A program made the translations under genes and the position numbers. 64,000 nucleotides of DNA from Macrostomum lignano (taxonomy: Eukaryota): positions 1 through 64,000 of the forward strand of contig NIVC01001163.1 of the NCBI GenBank assembly GCA_002269645.1. Direction: 5' to 3'. A model generated the notes under the pieces. It had not been told where the DNA came from. It saw only the letters and a list, made by a program, of their open reading frames with translations, and did not search any database. Positions 46,163 to 60,470 of this stretch are shown one piece after another (positions within the stretch are counted from its first letter, which is position 1; every line of letters starts with the position of its first letter).

Positions 46163-47499
46163 TAACCCCCAGTGGTTAGACCTAAACCCAAAATATTCAT
46201 TATATTTTGCCTTGTTTGGTTTTAGGGCATCATATTTGGTTGATGAGATTTTATACTATCTTGATTTTCAATTAGGAACACTGATTTTTGGACCTATACT
46301 TTAAAAACGGATGCAGTAGAATTTGGATTTTTATGCAATTTTTGTTTTTGATAATTTAACCAAATCATTAGCCAAGTCCACCATATATTAGTGGTCTTGT
46401 CTTTTTTCATACGATCATTCAAGGTCAGTGCCCTAATGAGCTAGTCTTTTTTACCATCCTTTGCCTCAAAAGCAAAATATTCTTATGAGCTACTAGTCAA
46501 ATAATAGGGGGCCTACATATCATAAATTTACTCTAATAGTCCCATTTTGTTAACTAGCTTGCTAAGAATTCTTATATTGCCATTGCCAAGTATTCTAAGC
46601 CCTGGAACTTTTGTCAGCTTTTTTAGCAAATCTAGGCTTGAATTCTAAACTGCTTAAGACCCATGTCTCATAGAAGCCATATTTTACATTTCATGGCCTC
46701 TTTCTTGTTTCTATATCTGCCTTTATTCTTATTTTTATTTTGTCTTGCTTGGTTATTCTGCTCCTATTTTCATCTCTATTTATTCATACATTTCCTTCTT
46801 ATAGCCATGGAGACTTATAGTATATTGGTCTTTGAGATAATTATCATGGTAAGCTTTCAAAAATAAAAACAAAATAATAGCTAGCATAATATGATGAATT
46901 AATAGGCTTGCCACCTATTTCTATATAATTCAGGTTTTAGGCCCTTTAAACTATCATTTACAATGAACTTCTATGTAACAACATGGACTATCATATGTAC
47001 AACATGTTTTGTTCATGATTCTACAAATATAATTTTTGGAAATTTTTTGTTTCCTATATAATGTAGGCTCTGTGCTATATATATATATATGTATATTGTA
47101 GCAGGAAGTATAATCATTTAATGGCAGACAGGCTTGCCATAAGGTTTAGATAAATGTGAGAAGACAGTCTCATATATAGACTGAAAAGTTGCTAGAAATT
47201 TTGGGAAATATGGCACAAATATGAAACTTTACAATATTAAAATATTGGTAAAGGTTATATTAAGGTAAAAGACATCAAATAGATTCAGATAAAAGGCCTC
47301 AGTAGCTTGGAGTAGGGTGCATAATATATATATAATAACATGTATATATCATGTATATATATTAACAACATATATATATCAATCGTCCAAAAATAAAATA
47401 TTTTTGTAATATACTAAGTTTACTTAAATAGTATCCAACCATTTAGTTATGTACATCAATTTCACGTTGACACTTGGAAACATAGAAACAGCTTAAACT

Positions 47500-49160
47500 C
47501 AATGGCCCTTGAGTTGGTTGAAGGCAAGAAAAGATCCAACCTTTTGCTTTATAGGAAATTCCTTTATTGCTACAAAGACACAATAAAACAAACTATTTCA
47601 CATCCTGATTGCAGCGCATGGGCATTTTGGCGGACGGCGTCCGGCGCGGATCAGCCTGCGCGGCGCAGCATTGGTGGTGGACCAGGGGTAAGTCGCAAAA
47701 ATGCCACCCCATAGAATACGGGCGTAGTACTAATTAGATGCTGAGGCATTTAGGCTTGATAAGACAGTCATAGTTACTCCTGCCGTTTACCCAAAACTGC
47801 GTTAATTTTGCTTTAGGGTTTCTTTCACAGGTAAGTCATTTCACAGCGTGGCGCAGGTTGTGTAGGCGTCTGGCGTACTTAAGCCATGCGCTGCAATAGG
47901 GTTTCACATGTTGAGGTAAGAGGTAAAGATCTAACTCTGAATAGACAGCACAATGATCTAGTTGCAGACAGTGAAGTGCATGTGATGAAGCTAAAATGTA
48001 GCCTAAATAGTGCAAATATGGAGTAGCCTACAAATCACCTGTATTCAGTGTTTGATGAGATTTCAAGTAGCAATGTGGGTGTGCATTATATTGCCTTTTT
48101 AAAAGTGGAGCTTTACATGTGGCATGACATCTAGCCTTACATTCCTACTTCAATTGAGGAGGCTATACAACTCCTCAAGGCTGGCAATCTAAACCTTCAA
48201 TACTGTGGTATTGATGGTAAGAAAGTTTATCAATATGGCAGTTGCACTGGAAAACATTCTACCATTTGTTGCACACCCTGGCCTGCTAAAAGAGCTTGAA
48301 AATGTTGACGCTATCTTTGCCAATGGTATATTTCACATTTTCACATGGTGCTATGCATTTTCTACCAGTTACTAACAATTGATATATAAACAAGGTAACT
48401 TTTTCTATGCATCTTTTCACTCCTAAGTGGCAAGTCCAAGGCTGCAACAAAGATCTAAGAACCATGCTTAGATTTTAAGCCATTAAATATAATGATAGAC
48501 TTTGAAGCTGCTTTGCAGGACTCCTTCACAAAGGCATTTCCAAGTGCAATTGCAAATGGTTATTGGTTTCAGTTTACATAGGCAATTCTTACAAAGCTAA
48601 ATGAGCTAGGCCTATAGACTTATTTATGCCAAAATGCTAACATTTGGAGCTATAAAATTTCTCATGTGTCTACCACTTTTTTTAAGTTTTATATGAGCAT
48701 ATTGAGCCAATGTATGCTATTATTTGGCCAGACATATTTGTCACTAGCTTGAGTGCTGCAAAGTTGCAGCTACTATAGACTGCCTAAGCATATATTCTAA
48801 ATATGGAGCAGCTGGGTAGCAGTACTATATGATGTCATCAAAGATCACAGTTATAAAACTATTGGTTCAAGTTGTTAAAAAAAAGTAGATTAGGCTTCTG
48901 GGAATCCATTGCTTATAGAAACTTACAAAAAATTGCTTCAAGAACATAGTAAGTTCCTGGCTATGGCTTGGTCCACTTCTGTTGAGGTGCAATATTGTAT
49001 TTGCAACTATTAGCTAGAACAAGTTGGAGTGACTTTGATTTTTGCTTATAATTGTGAAGACTGTACCAATGCAAAAGAGGAAAGCTATCATAGCAAGTGG
49101 CAAACATTCATTGAAACCATCTATCCCAACATGTGGGATTTCATTGTGGTGCTCTACTCT
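47500..49160 (+). pseudogene. Mutator-like (MULE) transposase relic
   Basis: Motifs IFANGIF (DGTF; 48313-48333), MIDFEAALQDSFTKAFPSAIANGYWFQFT*AILTKLNELGL* (48492-48617) and CTNAKEESYH...YPNMWDFIVVL (49062-49155); FLYWCH-like start near 47500; stops, frameshifts and insertions. Confidence 0.82.
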
Positions 49161-50223
49161 ACCAATCTTAAATTATACAATTCACATAAATATATAGCCC
49201 AAAGAGGTGTTTTTTTAGAATAAAATATGATAACAAAAAAGCATCTCTTCTGGTCTTGTCGTTTATATATCATATCATAAAACATTGCATTTTACCTCTA
49301 ATCCTAGTAATGCCTAGATTGATAGAAAAACCTCAATAGGAGAGAGTTAATGATAGAAATATAGTGCCATAGGACTACTTAGACCAATAGTATAAAATAA
49401 GCTCTTAGCACTGATAACAAAAATAACACTGATGTCCATTTTATTCCTAGCTTTAATGCATACATAGTATTAAATATGGATTCTAATTTATTTTGTGAGT
49501 TTTTTCACAATCTTAAGTTTTTTCATCCATTAATAACTTTTTCTATTTATGGATATAAGCTTTTTGTACTTAAGTATTTATCTTTAGGTTAAGATATCTA
49601 ATAATTTTTTTAATGTTAGTAATTTAGTTTTATATGCTTTGAATTTTATTAATTTAATTCAATTCAGTGAAAAAGAAAAACAATCCGATGCTTTTTACAA
49701 AAAAATTTATTAATTATAGATTAGCTATAAATTAGTATTAAAAGCATAATTAATACAAGCAAAGCAGCTTGCTTCTTTTTAGGCCTGCTCAAACTAGCAA
49801 GAGACTTGTACTGAGAAGTTGTCAGACTTTCTAAAGGTGCAATATGATGGCCAGATCTGCATTGTTCCCTATAATGGTGACTACAAAAATTTAGGCATGT
49901 TTATTTATACTACATTTGGGATTAATAACTCTTTAGACATTGCACTATGTATAAATGGTTCTAAGATCCCAAAAATTTAGTTTGGGTATCTTGCAAGGCT
50001 ACACTGGTATCATTCAAATAAAGTATATTGCACCTCAACAGAAGTGGACCAAGCCATAGCCAGGAACTTACTGTGTTCTTGAAGCAATTTTTTGTAAGTT
50101 TCTATAAGCAATGGATTCCCAGAAGCCTAATCTACTTTTTTTCAACAACTTGAACCAATAGTTTTATAACTGTGATCTTTGATGACATCATATAGTACTG
50201 CTACCCAGCTGCTCCATATTTAG
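48797..50223. repeat. 199-bp inverted duplication (48797-48995 and 50025-50223)
   Basis: Copies aligned by eye; only two substitutions seen. Confidence 0.9.
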
Positions 50224-50329
50224 ATAAAATTGGGGTATGTTACCAAGATATAATAAATCTTGCTATTATTTAATTTTTAGGCTTTTAGGACTGCAGTGAG
50301 GAAGTCTACTAATAAAAGAAACCTGTTGC

Positions 50330-51251
50330 AAAGTTTCACCACACTCATAAGAAAAGTTTGCATTTCAAAGAAATATTTCTACTTGTGTGTAAACTTTGTG
50401 AGCAATTTAATCCACTAAAATATGCATCAAGGTATCTGGAACAGTCAGAGTCTATACCTGCATCTAAGGAACAGCTTAGTGACAAGGATGCTGATGAGGA
50501 TGATACTGGTTCTAAACACTGAGCTCTCTTTAAAATACTCTTTTTGAATCTATTGTACATTGCAGACAATGAATTAGAGGTTATTGATTTTCTACTTATA
50601 GGGCTTTTTGCATACAAATGCATTAAACTAATATGCTGAGCTATTTAGTTCTTGCAATGGTTTGCTCTATGGATCCACTCTGACTGCTACTTTGAAAAAG
50701 TACCCATTGCTTCAGAATCCAGGTTTTGTTCTGCAAAGGGTCATCTAATGAGCACTTTATATGCTCAAGTATATAAAACCAACTATGTGGCCCTTGACTT
50801 AAATGATTTGGCACTGTTTAAAATTAATCTAACAATGCTAGCTAAAAATCTTCCTAGCCTTGTTAAGAGTTACAAGGATAGTAAAATATTGCTCTCAAAC
50901 TTGAGTCTAACCAAAGACTGCCCAATAATGAGAAGATTCTTGCTATTGTATATATTGATAAAAATAAAGCTCCAGATGTCTACCAATTCCCAGCAGCTCG
51001 TATATATAGACATTGAAGCCTTTACTATGACTATGTTTTCTGAAAATCCTGTTAGCATTCAGGCAAGTAACACTTTGGAGTGCATTGCGATTTGTTGTAT
51101 TATACTTTTGTATTATACTAATAATAAATGTATTACATTTGTAGCATTCAATCTGAAGCATATAAAATGCATAGAGCCAGTTCTAGAAGTGCTAAAGTTT
51201 TTGATAAGACTAGGCCTATGCAAGTGGACTTTGTCACCCTTTTTGGAATAA
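50330..51251 (+). pseudogene. Heavily mutated SAMD3-like / CMC(EnSpm)-accessory ORF relic
   Basis: One frame with TGA/TAG stops, an acidic stretch DKDADEDD, and FVAFNLKHIKCIEPVLEV matching YVAFNLQHLHILEPFLEV in the 53-54.5 kb ORF. Confidence 0.5.
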
Positions 51252-53169
51252 AATTGGATAATTGATAGCCTTGGGATGCACATAAGAAGTTTCTAGAATA
51301 TGTTACTATTTTTTATAGAAGCTATACTAGTAAACATTATATTATACTTATTATTGTACATATATTGATATAAGCATAGAAATTACTAGAAGCATATTCA
51401 TATAATATCATAATAGCAACTTTGTTTTATCTATTATGGCTCATTCCAGATAAGATGGACATATTTGGAAAATATAAAAAAGTCAATATTTTTGCTTGCC
51501 ATTGCCTTATCAGCCAATTTTTTGCCAAATGTTTTTTATGTGTAATATATACAATCTAAGAATAAATGAATGGTAAAAGGTTGGATTAGTATGTTATCAA
51601 TTAGCAAAAAGTCATTTTTGTAAAAAATTTAGACATTTTTCTAAGCAAAAAATATCATTAACTTTGTGTACCTTTTAAAAACAAATAGAAAGCTTTGGAA
51701 GGTTGAAACAAACTATATATAAAATTATAGTACGAGCTACTTGTAGCATTAGATAAAAACATTAGTGACCATATAATAAGGTGTCCAGCGAGCCTATTTT
51801 TAGCATGTGCAAAACCGAAAAACGGTAAAAAAAGTGGTCTTCTTTAAATGAATGTAACTTTTTAAATATTTTAAGATATGACAACGTTCTTATATTCATT
51901 GAAAAGAAGGCAAACAGATCTTTCAAACGACATATAGTTTACTTGTTTAGGACTTACAATTACAAAGATACAGACTGTCAAACATCGTGTACATTTTTGT
52001 ACATTTTTAAAACTGCTGAATTTGCTTGAAAATATGGGATCGGGAGGATTTGTTTTTTAGTAAATGAGTGCATAACTGCTAAGAATGCTTGCACACTGAG
52101 TGTAGGTAACTTCCTAGAGGTCATTTTAAGTGAACTTTTTTTGTTCAAAAATATGTACATGTACATGTATATGTAAAATTTAAAATGGCCATAACTTTTG
52201 AATGGAAAAAGCAGCCACCCTAATTCTTTTTGCTACTTACTTTTAATGACAAAATAAAACTTTTAGGCTAGACAGGATGAGTGTAACTCTTGCCGCAATA
52301 TGCTTAATGGAAATCGCCAAAATACATGCAAATCACCATAAGGGACATAAAAATCAGGAAATTTTAGAAGCTCCAAAGAATGGCCAGTTAGTTTCTTCAA
52401 TAAAATGAAAGCAAGACAGGCCAAACTCTGTCCTAAAGGCACATCCTGATAGCTTTTGCCACACCAAACTTATTAAGCATAATTGGCACAGGTGTACATG
52501 CAAAATACACTACAGAGATAGGAAAAATGTACATTGAGAGGTTGTACATTCGAAAAGAAGTCATATATGCAATTTTTTTAAAGAAATGATAGCAGGACTT
52601 AGGATATACTTTATCTTTTATGCATTTCTTACTAATCTATCCTTTACTTGCAGATCTTGCAGATGCCAGACACGCTGCACCTACATGTATACAGTATCTG
52701 CTATGAGCGCTTGACAAGCTCATGGTGCAGCTTTCTACACAAAATTAATATTTTGTCTCAATGAATTTGCTAAAGTGTCTAGCTTTAGATCTAGCTTTGG
52801 CTTAAGCCCCCAATTAGGAAGTGTCCTGGACAAATTTAACATTCTTCTTCACGTGAAGAGAATCTATGCAGAATAACAAATTTCATGATGCATATTTAAT
52901 AAAATAAAGCAAAAAAAGCTTAAAATAAAGCAGTTTACTGATAGTTTGTTAGGAATAAACAAATTTAATGCTTGTTCCTACGATTCATATGACAGAAACT
53001 AAAGTGTCTGTAGAAGTGTAGAAGTGTAGAAGAGGCTAGTTTTTTTCCTGCTCAGTGGTGAGGTCGTGCAAGTTGCGAAATCACCAAACAAGGCATTGTT
53101 TGTTCCAAGCACTCCTGATAGGGAACCAAGACCTAGCATCATCACCGGAGCTGATGAATCTGCTGGAGG

Positions 53170-54470
53170 CGAATCGAGGCAAGGAGAGGTGGAAGCTACC
53201 TTACCATGGCCTCAAGTTTACACGCTGCCTTGAATGGTCAAATTGGCTGATGTTCTTAGAGACCTTTGGCTAAACCCTGAAAAGGGTTTGGACTTAATAC
53301 TGAATTCAACATTTGTCAATCGCTTCCTTCAGTGTATTGTAGATGACATTTTTGACAGGTACAAGACCAAACGAGATCCATATCTGTCCAGGGTGCAGCT
53401 TCGCGACGTCTGCTGCGCCATAGTTTCTACCTATCTTGGTCTTTGAGACAATTCGCCCAAAGGTTTTCGCTTTTGGAAGGCCAAGATAATCCGTCGCATG
53501 AAGGATGTTTGTAGTAGGAAACTGGACAGAGAATTTTTAAGCCCAATCGTTGCACAGATGCGCGACAAGCATGGTAGACCTAGAAAGCGAAAGGCTATTG
53601 TTGCTACTACGTCTGATCCTGCTGGGGACTACAACGATTCCGCAAGTGATGCCGACAGCACTGCTAACGAATCAGGCAATGACGATGAGCAGCCAGTTAG
53701 GAAGCATCAACGAGAGAAAGACAACTCTGAAAGTGGAGTGTCAAAAAGTGTTGAGTTTGAAGGCAATGGTACGGCTCCGCCCAGTCACGAACATCAATGA
53801 CTGACACTGAATGCAGAATACAAAAGCAAGGACGTCGCCGAAGTGCTCGAAGAAATGTGTGCACTGTTTCTAGTGCGTATTCTTTGGTGCCAGACAATGA
53901 CTGTCGCCAAACAAGTCCAGCTATACAGGCCGCTTACCTTGCTGCCTGTAATTCTGCAGGAGGCTCATCTAATGATTGAAACGTACAACAAAAGCAAGAC
54001 TGATTATATTCTGTCATCAGGGCCCGCAGAAATTCGAAAGACTATAACCGAAGCCTTGATGAAAGTTTATGCTAAGCAAGCCCGCTTAAAAAATTTCAAA
54101 CTCTGCAAAAAGTTCGTGCTTTGCGTAGAGTCTGATGACAAGAAGCTCTGCTCCACTGTCTGCCTGTTGTTGGGTTGGTTGAAAATCAACCCAGAAAAGA
54201 TTTTTGATTCCGATCTGCTGATTCGCATTATTAAGGATGATGACAAGTGGTGCGGAGTTGTCGTGAATGAAGCCAAGCTGCATTTTGATAACGCATCGGA
54301 CACAGTCATGTGCTTCATCATCTTGTACGTCGCTTTCAATTTGCAACACCTCCACATTCTGGAACCATTTCTGGAAGTCGCTGAGGTGTTGGCAAAGCTG
54401 TGTAGCCAACAAGCGGTGATGTCAAATGCAGCAAAGACAATAATACTCTTTTCCATTAGTCTGGTCCCAA
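53170..54470 (+). pseudogene. SAMD3-like / CMC(EnSpm) transposon accessory-protein pseudogene
   Basis: One continuous frame broken by three TGA (53231, 53444, 53798). Motifs WPQVYTLP, AIVSTYLGL*D...G...WKAKI, EEMCALFLVRILW and FIILYVAFNLQH..LEPFLE match the uncharacterised SAMD3-like family as recalled; no search run. Confidence 0.6.
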
Positions 54471-54666
54471 GTAGCTATAGTAATTATTTCAGTTTATTTA
54501 GTTTTTTGACTATTATGTGAAATACTTTGTGTACATAGAAACTTGGTTTTCAAAACCTTTTCTTATTTGGGGTTGAATTCATCAATTCCAATTCAACTCT
54601 TCCATTGTATCAATTATCCTGTGTCAAATATTTATATTAAAATTGGTTGGTTGGTTTGGAAACTTA

Positions 54667-55086
54667 CAGTGCTTCCATTGTGGCCCGAATTCGGGTGAAG
54701 CCCGAAATTAGCTGGAGGTGGCCCGAAAGCTGATTTCTAAGGCATGGCCTGAATTTTGTGAACTTGAAAATTTGGGCCAAAAATATAAACAAGTTTTTTA
54801 AATTGCCCTTGAATCACCCTTCCACCCCTAAGCCGCTCTTATAATTGCCCCTAAACCAACCTTAGAATCGCCTCTAAAGTACAACATACAAGCTAGTATC
54901 AAATGTTGAAAGTACTTTGCCATGGAATTGATGACATAAGCTTGAAATTTCATTTGACAAAATATACTTGTCTTGATTTTGCTTAGTCAAGTAACATGGC
55001 CCAAAAAAATTCCATTACCCGAAAAAAATTCTGAAGCTGAAAAAGTTTAGTACCATTGATTGACTGGGACCACTCTGGAACCACTG
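54667..55086. mobile_element. Possible non-autonomous hAT-like element
   Basis: Termini CAGTGCTTCC...GGAACCACTG with subterminal GCCCGAA repeats; no TSD found. Confidence 0.3.
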
Positions 55087-55864
55087 TGATGCTCCTCTGA
55101 TTTCTAGTCCAATAAATTAATTTGGTTCTGGCGCCTACAGCAAGTGTTCAATCTAAACATTTAAATATTTAATCATAAAAAAATTATAAATGCTTGCTGC
55201 AGTTGCACAGTCTGTTTTTTGCTTGTTAAGTCATGCAAGGCTTTTTCTCTCTACTCTATGTGTGTGTTAGCACCCTGTCACTTTATCTGATTCATGTTTA
55301 CAGTGTTATTTATTTATTTACTTGTTTGGTGTAGAATTTTTGTGTTGATAATGTGTAGAATTGAGTGAAGCTTCTGGGTTTGAAGGCCGGGTTGCGAAGG
55401 TTCTGATTCAGGGGTTGTGAAAGTTCTGGTTCGAGGGTTGTAAAGGTTTTAGATCGGGGCTGTGAAGGTTCTGGCCTAGGTTGTGAAGTAATGAAAGAAG
55501 AAATGTGAAGAAATGTTTTGCTAATTAGCAAAACTTCTGCTAATTTATTTACTCTTTCAATATATCTTCTATTATCTACTATTCAATTATACAGTGTCAA
55601 ATATTTATATTAAAATTATATTCGATAATACATTACTTTAATATCATTAACTTGTGCAAGGTACAACTGCACACAGGTAGTTTCAATATCAAGTAAAGAA
55701 ACAGCTACAGTAAATATTTCATCTGACATTTCTCACTTTCAGTTATTTGTTTAGCAAATGAATGCATTTATAGTGCTGGTGCAATTTGGACACAGTTGAA
55801 ACGATTGTTGCATAAGCTGCAGTGGGCCAGCCCAAGTTTCTAAGATAACATTTTAAGAATACAT

Positions 55865-56015
55865 AATTTGGACCTAAAATTGGACGTCTTTGGACCTTAA
55901 AATGGACCTTTCTTTTTGGACCTTTTTGACAAAAAGGTCCAAATTCATTGACGCTTTGGACCTTATATTTTGGACCTTGTGTGGACCTTATTTTGGACCT
56001 TTTTGCACCACAGTG
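55865..56015 (-). mobile_element. Single transposon end (CACTGTG terminus, CMC/EnSpm-like) with subterminal GGACC repeats
   Basis: About 9 TTGGACC-like motifs ending in ...GCACCACAGTG; partner end not found in the window. Confidence 0.35.
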
Positions 56016-56721
56016 TAGGCACCTTAATACTGGAAAGAAAGGCATGCACTTGCATTTTATTGACTGCCTGCCAGCTGATGCAGCTGACACCCTTGACACT
56101 GCCGATGATGCAACCTATACATTCGTGTCAAAGCCCTGAAACCCACCCTGTAACATTGTCTCAATCATGCCTGACTGGCTTGACTGTAGTAGCTACAGTT
56201 GTAGTAATGTAGTAGACTCATAGTACAATGAGAAGACCAGCACAGCAGACGAAATGCTCATTTAGATATTTGCTGACGAGCTGACTGCAGATGAATTGGT
56301 AGCAGACAAATTGACTGGATTTTAACAGAAAGCTATTGTGCTGAAAAGTGGATGTGTACAGTGAACAAGTAAATGAATAATGAATCAAATAATGCAGGTA
56401 AACTGTAAAGGTAGATTCAATTGCTGAATTTGGGCATGGCCTTTTCAAACATGAAAGTATATGATTTAGTAACATATTACTTAGTAAAGCATTGATTCAT
56501 TACAATTGTCAGATGGACTACAAAAAAGTCTTTAATGACTTCAGCATGAAGATAGAAGATAAAGATTGTCAGGAGCTACATCGATTTTTAGACAACCAGA
56601 GTGGTACTTTAGAAGACCCATTTTCATGGAAATAATGGTCAACTTTTTGCATACTACTTACAGTAGAAAGTCAAAAACCTTACTAATTATAGTATACCGC
56701 ATAGACCTAGCCAAGAATTTC

Positions 56722-57150
56722 GGCAATCTTTTAGTTTCGCAAATTTAATTCAAACTGTTTTTAAAACGACAGTTAACGACAGTTTTGTTTTATGTTTTAT
56801 GTCTCAGATGGCATAATAGTGCGCCACCCAGAAAAGGATGTTCCCAAAGGTATTGCGCGGGTGGCAGCGATGCCAGAGAAATTCGTCCAAGTGGGTGTCA
56901 AACAGGGCCTTGGACATGCCGTGCATGGCCCTGAAATGGGCCTTAGTGTGGGCCCATGTGCCCTCCACTATGTTCGTGTAGACTTCTGGGTGGTTAGGGT
57001 CCACAAAGTGCAGCCGGTGGTTCACTGTCAAATGATTGGGCAGTTGGTTGTATGCCTGCCACTGATTGGTGATAATGCGAATACCTGCTTTGCTGAAAAT
57101 AATTAAAAATGGCTTTAAAATAATTAAACATGCGAAACTAAAAGATTGCC
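56722..57150 (-). mobile_element. Merlin DNA transposon, internally deleted, keeps the C-terminal part of the transposase
   Basis: TIR GGCAATCTTTTAGTTTCGCA at both ends; perfect 8-bp TSD AGAATTTC (56714-56721 and 57151-57158); peptide VNHRLHFVDP..VYTNIVEGTW...LDEFLWHR (ISXO2-type HTNxIE and EFxWR motifs). Confidence 0.9.
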
Positions 57151-58789
57151 AGAATTTCTTACAAGGAAATACACCAAGGTGAATTTTCTAAGGGGGGAGA
57201 TATACTAAGGTAAAAGTGCTATCACTATGACAGAGTTACATGGTAGCATGTATAGCAACAAAGGGCAACAAAAAAGTTTTGGTTAGGCTCTTCATTCAGG
57301 GGGGATATATCATATCCCCTTTACCCCCCCCCCTTCCTATGCGGTATGCCCCTGAACTTGGCAATGTGGTTTTAGACCCAGATCCAGGGTGCTAAATCAC
57401 ATATTGGCATACCAATTCTGATGGAAAAAACTTTACTTTCATTTATATCATAAATTCATAGGCCACATTCACAATTCATAAATAGTTGTCAACATTTTGT
57501 CTTTAAATGCTTTAAAAACAATCATATTTTTATTTGTATCATATTAGAACTTCTCTAGATTTTTTCAAAGTGACTAGGCCCTAGGCTAACCTACTTAAAC
57601 ATATGTGATATATATACAATAGGCCTTTTTGTTACACTTAAAATGTACATATCTTTATTGTTTGTTACCAATTTATATAAATATTATAATATATTTAATA
57701 CAACTACAACTACAAGGCCTATAGATATTTTATAGAGTCTAGAAATGGGGCTACGCATTTGACTTGCCATTTCTCTCTTACTGTCTTATCTAAATAATTA
57801 GCCAATAAAGTAATATTTTACATAAGTTGCTTGCATCTTTGAACTTAAGCCTGAGACTGAAGACATAGCAGACCTGCCCGATTGCCGATTCCAATTTTTT
57901 GCAAAACGGAAAATAAACTAAAAAAACTATAAAATTAAGTAACTATGGCAGTCTTCAATAACTAAAAACTAACATGAACTTTTCTGTAATTCGTTTTGTT
58001 TCTGCAATTTGTTGCAGTTCATACATGCAGCTAAATATAATTGTTGTAATTTGTTTTATTACGTCTATTTTTTCTCTTTTTGTAGAATAGCTCTGTACAT
58101 ACGGGTACATTTTCTAATTAATTTTGGGCTTAGTTAAAAATAAATTTGGTCAGATGTAATTTATTTAAACAGTAGAAGCGGGTATCTGTGTATCATTGCA
58201 TCAAAGAGGATTCCAGCGCTACGGGCACAGTAAAGATCCTGCAGAGCTGGGGCTAATTCTTTCCTAATACGTATGTAGATATAACGTTGCAGCAGCTTTC
58301 TCGGCCTGTTGTTAAGCAAGGAGGCGCAAATTCGACAGAAGCGCAGCCCCTGAAACCTACATGTAGAAAAGCATACTGTAGTTTGTAGTGCACTGTACAA
58401 GTGAATTTAAAAACACTTACCATCTTTTTCTCACTCCTATTCCTAAACCCCCGCCCAAAAAAATCCTGACTGCGCCACGGACTTACAGTACGAGTTTAGT
58501 ATAAAATTTAGTGACTGAAAGCACATTAACAGCTCGCAAATTAGTACATGCCCATTTATATTCGCAACAAGCTGTTAAAACCCGCGGATTTTGAACCCGG
58601 GGAATTCCAATCCCCGGAACTATTTTTGCATATTGAGATTAAACTCAAACAAAAACATTTATTAGTTGGGATTGAGTTAAACATAAAATAGAGTACATTC
58701 GTGTAAAATTAGGATTTGAGGCAAACATTGATATTGTTGGCTGGGGTGCTGCGCAGAATGTCAGGAAAACTCTGGCCTCTACCTCTGCC

Positions 58790-60470
<1,681 letters not shown>

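Noticed and set aside
51775-52230. Tc1/mariner MITE starting TATAAGGTGTCC
   Set aside because: Left end is suggestive, but no matching right TIR could be identified.
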